Origin: Eledone cirrhosa
Lineage: Eukaryota
Assembly: GCA_964016885.1 (NCBI GenBank)
Contig: OZ024740.1
Span: 237,832,001-237,896,000 of the forward strand
Length of the DNA stretch: 64,000 nt
Direction of reading: 5' to 3'
Shown: positions 29,733 to 39,517 of the stretch, piece after piece
How positions within the stretch are numbered: the stretch's first letter is position 1
Layout: every line of letters starts with the position of its first letter
Notes under the pieces: generated by a model
The model's database searches: none
What the model saw: the letters and a program-made list of their open reading frames with translations, nothing else
What the model was told of the DNA's origin: nothing
Position numbers and translations under genes: made by a program

Positions 29733-30495
29733 AAAAAAAAATTGTAGCTCTACATGGCTGAATACAATAAACGTAATCTGAGTTTTTCAAATATTAATAA
29801 CATTCGATTCGTTTGCAATTATGCAAGCAAGCCTCATTTTTAAAGCACTGTTCAGAGCTAGTGAAAATATATGCTATTTTCTGAAATATACAGTGACTGA
29901 TCAGCCTGATTTGCATATTAGCTGACTGTCTGATCAGTCAGATCTGCATATTAGCAGATCCACTTTTAGCCAGATTTACATATCAGCAGACTGGCCAGTC
30001 AGTTTCCTGTATAGGAGTGATAAATGGCCGGCGTTGCCAAATTCAAATAAAAAGAAAAAAAAATTTTTCGTCTACATGGCTGAATACAATAAATGTAATC
30101 TGAGTTTTTCGAATATTAATAATAACATTCCATTCGTTTGCAATTAGGCAAGCAAGCCTCATTTTTAAAGCCATGTCAGTAGAACTGGCTGAAAGTGGAT
30201 CTGCTAAGATGCAGATCTGACTGATCAGCCAGTCTGCTAATATGCAAATCAGGCTGATCAGTCACTGTATATTTCAGAAAACAGCATATATTTTCACTAG
30301 CTCTGACAGTTGGCAGGTGAACAGTGAACTGTACTGATGAAGGGTAATACCCAGAAACATTAGTGTCTGCAGTTCTGTTTACATGCCGACATAAGAGCAA
30401 GAATGAAGGGTTCATTCTACTGACATGGATTTAAAAGTGAGGCTTGCTTGCATAACTGCAACCAAATCATTTGAAAAACCCAGATTACATTTATA
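29730..30495. mobile_element. Retrozyme-like family A: more than one unit on the minus strand (HHR segment deleted), then an inverted switch to the plus strand at about 30185
   Basis: 29733-29846 is repeated at 30055-30171; 29853-29975 is the inverse of 30185-30306; flanked by (TA)n. Confidence 0.8.
30326..30375 (+). ncRNA. Canonical type I hammerhead ribozyme (GUC), family A
   Basis: gaactgta-CTGATGA-a ggg taata ccc a-GAA ACA ttag TGT C-tgcagttc; 8-bp stem I, extendable. Confidence 0.88.
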
Positions 30496-30565
30496 TATAT
30501 ATATATATATATGCAAGAGGGAGTTCAGAGATGTGAGAAAAACTACAGACCCTCCATCTCAACTC

Positions 30566-30605
30566 TACTTTTGAAAAGTATAAGAACTGCGAAACCGGTA
30601 AAGGA
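30566..30605 (+). ncRNA. Minimal hammerhead with U3-A8 core, related to the pLTR motif at 20160-20196
   Basis: tactt-TTGAAAA-gta taagaac tgc-GAAAC cg GTA-aagga; weak stem I. Confidence 0.55.
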
Positions 30606-30673
30606 ACCAAATAAATATATATATATTTTTTTTAAATAAGACTCCAGTTGCATTTTCGATTTCATCTTTTTTT

Positions 30674-30735
<62 letters not shown>

Positions 30736-31075
30736 ATACTTGGGGTGGGCCATGTTGCCAAAACAAGATGGCGTAGGACAGAACAAAGGAGAGGCACAAA
30801 AACAAAGAAAAGAATTCCCAGTCACTGAAGAGGTCACAGAATGTGTGACGAAAGAACTTTGACAATATATAAATAACCATCTGGTTGTGGAACCAACCAA
30901 CCAACCAACCGGAAATTTATAAATTCCTAAATTTATAAATTTATTATAATAAATTGAAGTGAAAGTAACTGGTGCGTGTGTTTCTTATTGGCAACATGAC
31001 CCTCCCAAAGTATAACAATATCGGTTTCAACACACGTTTTCAGATAAAGAATCTTGCTAAACAAATTCAGAAACG

Positions 31076-31152
<77 letters not shown>

Positions 31153-31224
31153 TATACTCTTTTAGTCTTTTACCTGTTTCAGCCATCTGGCTGAGGCCAT
31201 GCTGGGGCACCGCCCTTGTTGCTA

Positions 31225-31495
31225 CACATTTTATCTCCAGCCTTTATTGCTTGGCCACTGGTGCAAGAGGGAGTTCGCTGCTGCTACCCTTAGGTTTTCC
31301 TTGTGCCTTGCTGTGGGCTCATCCGGGATCCTGGATAGCAAGGTGTCGAGATGTTTCTTGAAAACATCCATGTCCACACCATGCATATCTCTCAGATCCC
31401 CCCGGCAGCTTGTTAAAGAGTTGAGGGCCCTTGAACCCCAGGCTATTGTAATATCTGCTCCTTATTCTAGATGTGGAAGACGGGACCTTTGGCAC
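31225..31495 (-). mobile_element. CR1-like LINE 3' fragment, with a SINE tail adjacent at about 31155-31214
   Basis: Minus translation SLGFKGPQLFNKLPGDLR...FKKHLDTLLSRIPDEP parallels the C-terminus of 47684-50704. Confidence 0.7.
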
Positions 31496-32183
31496 CACAC
31501 AGAGTTAAAATGAGTATTATGGAGATGTGGTAACAGTAGCAGAAGTGAGACAGAGGACAATCTCTACTGGATGTATTGTATAACAGTATTTCTAGAGTGT
31601 TTGCTAACTAAAGGTTGGGGAAGTGGCTGCAGTATGTGGTGGGTTAATGGAGGGAGGGGGTATGCATTTGAAAATGGTGGTAATGATGGATATGGTGGTT
31701 GGGAAGGTGATGATGATGATGGTTGTTCTTATGATTCAGCACCAAATCTTACTTGATTAATCAAACTTATGATCAACGGTGTTCAGTCCCTGACGATCCT
31801 TTCAAGGAAGGGGGGGGGCAGTATGATCCAGAATGACATTGTACAATGTGTCTTTCCCCTTTTTAAGATGGTGGTAGTATATGATGAAGATTTGTTTGCT
31901 GTTTCCTGCAGATTGAGTGACTGCAGAGAAACACATGTTGATCAATGTGATGTGGGTGGGGAAGCAATGATGAGGGTGAGGTGCAGGTTTGTAATAACCA
32001 TTGTAATGGTGGCTGTTTGTGGAAGCTGTTGTAGTGGCAGTAATGATGATGGTCGGTCTACACACTTCTGTTAATGTAGTAATAACATCGTATTAATGTC
32101 ATAATTGCAATATTTACTTTGATTAAATTACATTCTAATGAATCAATCCTGTATGTGTGTGTATATATTTACATATATATATA

Positions 32184-32456
32184 TCATCATCATCATTTTA
32201 CGTCCGCTTTTTCCCTGCTTGCAAGGGTGGGACGGGAACTGATTCTGGCTTGATTTCTACAGCTGGATGCCCTTCCTAACACCAACCTCATTTACAGTGA
32301 GTGCTGGGTGCTTTTTTGCCGTGGCACCTCCACGACCACTTTGCAGTGGAATGATATGGACCCCAGTCCCTATCATCTCATTTCTACAGCTGAGTAAACT
32401 GGAGCAATGTGAAATAAAGTGTCTTGCTCAAGGAAACAACACATCACCCGGTCTGA
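32184..32456 (-). mobile_element. CORE-like SINE with RTE tail, head truncated
   Basis: Reverse complement of the 39051-39438 family. Confidence 0.88.
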
Positions 32457-32464
32457 CCACCCAT

Positions 32465-32852
32465 CAGTAGACCTTTCACTCTATCTTTCTCCTGGCCTTA
32501 CTGGCTTACCTTCTCATATATATATAACGGAATACTCCTATATTTTACCGGCGAAGATTCAAAACCGAATCTGGGCTTTCCCGCCTCTGGAACACTCAAT
32601 CATTGGACGTTCTCGCCTTTGTCCTGTCAACGATGATGGATGACATTCCATTTGACCTGTGACCCCAACCCCTTGGGAGATGCTAACCACAGGTCAGATC
32701 ATATATCCATCCTTCTATCTTAGCACTTATTATAAATAAAAGGACTGAGGGAACAAGAGCAAAATCGAAGCAACAGTCAAGAAGATAACTATGTGGCGTC
32801 AGTAGACCTTTTACTCTATCTTTCTCCTGGCCCTCACTGGCTTACCTTCTCA
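32465..32852. repeat. ~52-bp direct repeats bracketing about 285 bp (period about 335)
   Basis: cagtagaccttt(c/t)actctatctttctcctggcc..actggcttaccttctca at 32465-32516 and 32800-32852. Confidence 0.8.
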
Positions 32853-33243
32853 GTCAGACAGCCAGCCATGCCTGCCTGACAGATTGACCGTTACTACTAT
32901 GAGAATAAGATAAACTAAGAATAGACACACACACACATGCATAGTAAGTTCATATTGTTATATTTTACTCTCATCCTATTCTTCCTGCCATATTGTATCT
33001 GCAAGACACAACCCAACTTATATATTATATCGTCTTCTCTGATACATACATTTACGTAGCTCGTAGCAGCTACCAATTTATTGTACGGATGTGTTTGTGT
33101 CATAAATTCTATCATTTGATGTTCAAATTGAATATTGTTATTATAAAATGAACATTATTAACAACTCAATCATAGCATTATTCTTTTCATCAAAACCATC
33201 ATACCAACAACACAACATATCCATTACATATATATATAAATAC

Positions 33244-33305
<62 letters not shown>

Positions 33306-33308
<3 letters not shown>

Positions 33309-33990
33309 GGTGCGGACGATATTTGTTCACAAGATTACTGTCTAGGAAAAAATAACACAGTAGTTTTATTTTTTTAAGATATATTTATCAAACTTGGGTC
33401 AGTTTGTCTTCATGACTTGTTCTTTCGATCTCACTCAATAAACCCGCTATTGGCTTTGATGACAGCCTCAAGGCGGCCTCGGAACCGGCTACAGGCCTTC
33501 GTCACTGTCCCCCAACTTAGAGCGCTGAGTCTTGCTGCCACACGTACGGCCTACCTGCAGCTATCTGGTCGATCCAGAGTTTTACTACCTCACCCAGAAC
33601 GCGGATGTAGCCATCGGTGTTCAGCTTGAGGCCCTCAGGGAAGAAGTGAGGTGGCATGATGTCACCTTGACTGCTGACGACACCTAAGACCAATGTTGTC
33701 GCTGGAAACTTTGTCTATAGGACTCTGGGCACGTCTTTGGATGAGACCATTCTCCTGCTGACACTGAGAAAGTCTGAAATTTCCTTATTTGTCCTCCCGG
33801 CGCGGATTCCAAGAAGAACTCAGTGTCTCTTCCACAAATTTGGAGGTTCAAAATTATTCATAATCTATTATTCTGAAAATAAATAATGAAAATATAGTGA
33901 CTGTTTTTATGAAGACAAGAGTGACCACAGAAGTAAAAACATTTGCATAAAATTAGCAGTTGAAAATTGCGAACAAATATCGACCTCACC

Positions 33991-33993
<3 letters not shown>
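33306..33993 (-). mobile_element. Internally deleted Tc1/mariner-superfamily element (DD37D/maT-like)
   Basis: TIRs gagggtgcggacgatatttgttc and gaacaaatatcgacctcaccctg, TA flanks; minus strand ACSRFRGRLEAVIKANSGFIE* is a transposase C-terminus. Confidence 0.8.
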
Positions 33994-34024
<31 letters not shown>

Positions 34025-34027
<3 letters not shown>

Positions 34028-36353
34028 GGGATGGGAGAAGTAGAGAACACTATCAAGTGGCCAGGAGAGAAGCTAGGAGACAAGTGTACTTTGCAAGAAG
34101 GGAAGCAGAGGATAAAAAGTTCAGTGAGGTGTTCAGGATTGCAAGACAATGTGTCATGGAAAACCGTGATATTGTCGGGGAGAAGTGTGTCCGTAATGAT
34201 GATGGTGTACTTGCCATAACTGATGCTGATAAGAAGGTAGCTTGGAAGTGTCACTATGAGAGACTACTAAATGAGGAGAATAAATGGGAAAAAGATAGTC
34301 TGCCCCAATCTATCCAATAGAGGGACCAGCAGTGCAAGTTAAAGGTAGTATAATAAGTAAAGCAATCAAAGATATGAAGACAGGCAAGGCAGCTGGGCCT
34401 TCGGGGATAGTTTCTGAGATGTTGTAAGCATCTGGAATGGTTGGACATACTATGGTCAACCGGATAGTAAACCAAGTAATACAGAATGGGTCATACCAAA
34501 GGACTGGCGTAGCAGCATCATCATTAACTGCTACAAGAGTAAAGGAGATGCTCTAGATAGGGGAAACTATAGATGCATTAAGTTAGTTGACCAGGTGATA
34601 AAGGTCACAGAAAGAGTTATAGCACAACTAATCAGAGATCGAATTGATCTAGATGAAATGCAGTTTAGATTTGTGTCAGGTAAAAGTAACACAAACGCTC
34701 TTTTCCTTGTACGACAACTACAGGAGAAGTACCTAGCTAAAAGTAAACCCCTCTACTTAGCTTTTGTTGACTTGGAGAAAGCCTTTGACAGATTCCCCCG
34801 TTCCATTATCTGGTGGGCTCTTAGAAAACTAGGTGTCGATGAATGGCTTGTGAGAGCTATACAAACCATATATAAAGAAACAGTCAGCAAGGTTAGAATT
34901 AACAATGAATATAGTGAAGAATTCAGCGTAAAAGTTGGTTTCCATCAAGGCTCTGTCCTTAGCCCCCTCCTATTTGTTATTGCCCTTGGGAACTTCTATA
35001 CACAGATGATCTAACTCTCATAGCTGAATCTATGGCTGAACTAGAGAAGAAATTCCAAACATGGAAGCATGGCATAGAATCAAAAGGCCTTAAAGTTAAC
35101 TTGTCTAAGACTAAAGTTCTAGTTTGTAGAAAGGAAAAAAGGGCACAGGTGCCCTCTGGAAAATGGCCATGCTCAGTGTGTAGGAAAGGAGTAAGTAGAA
35201 ATTCCATTTTATGTCCCAAATGCAAACTGTGGGTACATAAAAGATGTAGTGGGATCACAGGTAAGCTATCTAAGAACATAGATTTTATATGTGGCCGATG
35301 CTCAGGTGCAATAAGTAGCAAGTGTCCACAGGATACTAGCTCCTTCTATTGCCCAGATGGTTCTATAGAAATGGAGGACACCTTCCGTTACCTGGGTGAC
35401 AAAATCAGCAGTTGTAGAGAGTGCTCTGAAAGTACAGTAGCCAGAGTCAGAATGGGATGGAAAAAGTTCAGAGAGCTTATACCGCTGTTGGCCACAAAAG
35501 GTTTCTCTCTAAAAATGAAAGGCAGATTGTATGATGCTTGTATACGAACGGCAATGTTACATGGCAGTGAGACATGGGCACTGTGTGCAGAGGACCTGTG
35601 CAAACTGGACAGGAACGAAGCATGCATGCTCCGTTGGATGTGTAATAGTAATTTACGCGAACAGCTAAACTTAAATGAACTAAGTGAGAAATTAGGAATA
35701 AGAGGGATCAGATGTTGTTTACTCGAGAGAAGACTACGTTGGTATGGTCACGCGATGCGCATGAAAGACGACAGCTGTATAAAAAAAAGTGCAGGGCAAT
35801 CAAAATTGATGGTAGTTACGGAGTAGGTAGACCCAGAAAAACCTGGGACGATTTGATAAATTCCGACCTTACACACTTTCACCTCAGTAAGACAATGTCA
35901 CTGGACCGAGATCTTTGGTGCCACGCAGTAATACAGAAGACCCGCCTTGCCTATGTACAAAGCGAAACTTACAGTCAGTAGGCACCTCTTAACCAAATAT
36001 ACACCCAACCCACTACCCCTACTCCATCCTCCCACTCCCACCAACACCACCCTTTCTCTGTAAAGTTATGTTGGTACCACAACATCTAGTCCAAACTAAT
36101 GAGGTTGTGTAGGTATCACGACATAAAAACACACAGTTCACGCTGTAATGTGGCCGTGTAGGTAACACGGTAAAAACCTCCCAGTCCACACTGTAAATGT
36201 GGTTGGTGTTAGGAAGGGCATCCAGCCGTAGAAAACCTGCCAGATAGTCCTATACGAGCGAGACACGGTCACCCGACCAATCTTGCCTCAAGTGGGATAA
36301 TTCCCATCTAAACCCATGCTAGTGTGGAAGATAGACGTTAAACGATGATGATG
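34025..36353 (+). mobile_element. RTE LINE, 5'-truncated and degenerate, with (GAT)n tail
   Basis: ORFs 33967-34320, 34595-35014 and 35032-35826 are homologous to 56592-58709. Confidence 0.93.
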
Positions 36354-36370
36354 ATATATATATAAATACC

Positions 36371-36432
<62 letters not shown>

Positions 36433-36516
36433 CATTAATATAATAATATTTCACTGTCAATCAGGTTGAGGAACGATCTATTTATGATCGAACCTGACAC
36501 GAGTCTACATGTTAAA

Positions 36517-36595
36517 ACATATCTGAGGAGCTTCAGGTTCGATCATTAATAGATCGTTCCTCGAGCTAATCAACAGTGGAACATATGTAATATGT
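36517..36595 (+). ncRNA. Type I hammerhead (GGAAC variant) in a PLE-type end with a 5' inversion
   Basis: acatat-CTGAGGA-gct..agt-GGAAC atat GTA-atatgt. The inverted copy at 36449-36497 keeps GAAA. Downstream agagcatcgagtgctc..ggcataccgcctat matches the inverse of 2950-2988. Confidence 0.7.
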
Positions 36596-36728
36596 AATTA
36601 AATATGTATATGATGCTACACTGATTCTTTGTTCGTTTGTATATTATTATTATTGATAATCTGGTACCCAAGAGCATCGAGTGCTCATTTGGCATACCGC
36701 CTATGGACGCAATTAATTTGCTCCTTAA

Positions 36729-36808
<80 letters not shown>

Positions 36809-37502
36809 ATGAATTCTTTTACAATGGAATCAGCTCGAAGGAGGAAAAATACCCCCTGAGCAGTGTATAAATTAATATGTATGTGATGAAACTGCTCCTA
36901 GTTTGAGCTGCAAGCCGCCTCATATATACGACTGTTATTTCTAGCAGTACGGTTATGAGACTAGTTAGATACTGTAAAGCCATGTGCGTCACGCAGTCTT
37001 TTAAATTATTTAGAAGTGAAGCATATCAATTTGTCTCTGGATGTTTACTGAGGAGAGCAGGGCATGATATTCCTACACTTATTTAACTCGAAACATATTT
37101 GGATCTTAAAGTCTAAACTTATCTACGGAACAGGTTTGATTTTGAAATTTAAATGTGTCTAAACATCACGGCCTCTTGGCAATACAGTTCGTCTTCGTTG
37201 ATTTATTATTTTAAATCGATTTGGACAAACTGTAGTATAATAATTAGTATACTTCAATCTGGCTAAATTTTTCTTTTGCAATATATATACAGATGTGTTG
37301 GTATCTGTGTTTCATCACATACATATTAATTTATATATATATATATATGTACGTCAATGTACGTCAATACTCATCTTTTTCCATTTATCTGAGGGTTCTA
37401 AACCCCATTATCAGGCTAAAATTCCTTTAGTCAAAAATACGGTGAAAGCTATATAGTTCCTAGTTTCAAACCTGTTCACTGTTTCAAAACATACTTACTT
37501 GA

Positions 37503-37553
<51 letters not shown>

Positions 37554-37557
<4 letters not shown>

Positions 37558-38232
37558 AATAGAATGAAACGAAATTTCATTTCTCACTCTTAGTACGGCA
37601 CTTACTTAAATGTAAGTATGTATACGTACATACATATATGTATACAGACGTACAGTAGTATGTATATATATATATATACATACATGCACACACATATATA
37701 TATATGCACGTATCGGTTTACCGAACATTTATTATAATGCTCGGTTTGTTTGTAAACAAACAAACAGCCCGAATTACGCCGTACAGTGTTTAGGCAACCA
37801 CGTCACCTTTTTGTTCAACACTGACACAGGAACGATGTACTAGTTTCTAGCTATCGTCAGCATCGTATACCTTCCTTCCAGATGGTTGAACGTCTGAAAG
37901 TATATACTTTCCTTATGCATATTAACGGCTGAGCAGCCTAATTTGCATATCGAGTGAGTTCAGTCGGCCGGGCACACCGAAAACGATAAATGGAATAGAA
38001 TGAAACGAAATTTGTCAGTGTTGAACAAAAAGGTGACGTGGTTGCCTAAACACTGTACGGCGTAATTGGGGCTGTTTGTTTGTTTACAAACAAACAAACC
38101 GAGCATTATAATAAATGTTCGGTAAACCGATACGTGCATGTATATATGTGTGCATGTATGTATATATATATACATACTACTGTACGTCTGTATACATATA
38201 TGTATGTACGTATACATACATATATACTTACA
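37554..38232 (-). mobile_element. Retrozyme-like family B: one 436-nt monomer with 24-nt terminal redundancy and an inverted segment
   Basis: atggaatagaatgaaacgaaattt at 37554-37577 and 37990-38013; 38013-38232 is the inverse of about 37611-37826; (TA)n flanks. Confidence 0.82.
37832..37866 (-). ncRNA. Minimal type I hammerhead ribozyme, family B
   Basis: Minus strand reads acgatg-CTGACGA-tagcta-GAAAC ta GTA-catcgt; palindromic stems II and III. Confidence 0.85.
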
Positions 38233-38267
38233 TATATATATATATATATATTTATTTATTTATATAT

Positions 38268-38836
38268 AAAAAAAAATTTCGTTCTACATGGCTGAATACA
38301 ATAAATATAATCTGTAAACAGTTCTCTTCACATGCCAACACAAGAGTAAGAATGAGGGACTTGTTTGCATAATTGCAAATGAATTGGATATTATTATTGA
38401 TATTCGAAAAACTCAGATTACATTTATTACATTCAGCCATGCAGAGCGAAATTTTTTTTATATATTTAAATGTGGCAAAGTCAGCCATTGATCGCTCGTA
38501 TACAGGAAACTGACTGGCCTATCTGCTGATATGCAAATCTGGCTGATCAGTGGATCTGCTAATATGCAGATCTGACTGATCAGTCAGTCTGCTAATATGC
38601 AAATCAGGCTGATCAGTCACTGTATATTTTAGGAAATATCATATATTTTCACTTACTCTAACAGTTGGCAGGTGAACAGTGAACTGTACTGATGAAGGGT
38701 AATACTCAGAAACATTAGAGTCTGCTATTCTGTGCACATGCCAACACAAGAGCACAAATGAGGGGCTCATTCTACTGACATGGCTTTAAAAATGAAGCTT
38801 GTTTGCATAATTGCAAACAAATCGGATATTATTATT
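38268..38836 (+). mobile_element. Retrozyme-like family A: about 1.25 head-to-tail units with a short 5' inversion
   Basis: 38319-38400 recurs at 38725-38836; HHR copy at 38681-38730; 38268-38314 is the inverse of 38415-38459; three ~33-bp internal repeats at 38521-38620. Confidence 0.82.
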
Positions 38837-38841
38837 TTTAT

Positions 38842-39035
38842 AGGTAGTGGATTGGCAGTATCGGTAGGGGGTCAGACGCCATGCTTTCCAGCATAATTAC
38901 GTCCCTTTACGATCTGAGTTCAAATCCCGCCGAGGTTGACTTTGCCTTTCATCCTTACGGGGTTGATAAAATAAAATAACAGTAATGCACTGGGTAATTG
39001 CTGGCCTTGTACCTAAAGTAGAAACAATTATTATT
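38842..39035 (+). mobile_element. tRNA-related SINE with Meta-like domain
   Basis: Box-B-like gagttcaaatcc, then gcctttcatccttacggggttgataaaat, then an (att)n tail. Confidence 0.8.
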
Positions 39036-39050
39036 AATATAGGTAGGAAT

Positions 39051-39438
39051 GGAGGCACATGGCTTAGTGGTTAGAGCATTGGCTTTGCAATCGAAAAGTT
39101 GTGAGTTCAATTCTCAGACCAGGGGATGTGTTGTTTCCTTGAGCAAGACACTTTATTTCAGATTGCTCCAGTTTACTCAGCTGTAGAAATGAGATGATAG
39201 GGACTGGGGTTCCTATTATACCACTGCAAATTGGTCGTGGAGGTACCACGGCAAAAAAGCACCCAGCCCACACTGTAAAGTGGACGTGTAGGTGCCACGG
39301 AAAAAAAGCACCCATCACTCACTGTAAATGAGGTTGGTGTTAGGAAGGGCATCCAGCTGTAGAAATCAAGCCAGAATCAGTTCCCGTCCCACCCTTGCAA
39401 GCAGGGAAAAGCGGACGTAAAATGATGATGATGATGAT
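39051..39438 (+). mobile_element. Full-length tRNA-derived SINE with CORE-like body and RTE tail; other copies at 44745-45080(+), 58852-59025(+) and 59547-59895(-)
   Basis: Box A tggcttagtgg, box B gagttcaattc, ccttgagcaagacactt, RTE-shared ggttggtgttaggaagggcatccagc, (atg)n tail. Confidence 0.9.
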
Positions 39439-39517
39439 TCGAAAAACTAAGATTACATTTGTTTATATATATATATATATTTATATTTTATTTATATATA
39501 TATTTATATAAAAAAAA

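Noticed and set aside
31018-31050. Minus-strand CTGAAAA..GAAACCGATA motif beside the inverted repeat at 30728-31021
   Set aside because: C3-A8 mismatch with broken stems I and III; too degenerate to call.
36830-36911. Possible hammerhead (cagctc...GAAACT..AGTT-tgagctg)
   Set aside because: No recognisable CUGANGA box; at best a decayed remnant.
37971-38022. Plus-strand GAAAC..GTC hammerhead-like match
   Set aside because: It is created by the inversion junction at 38013; the real motif is on the minus strand at 37832-37866.
38521-38620. CRISPR-like short repeats
   Set aside because: Tandem units without unique spacers, in a eukaryotic context with no cas genes.
39051-39125. tRNA-like sequence
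   Set aside because: It is a SINE head: no complete cloverleaf, and it continues into the SINE body.
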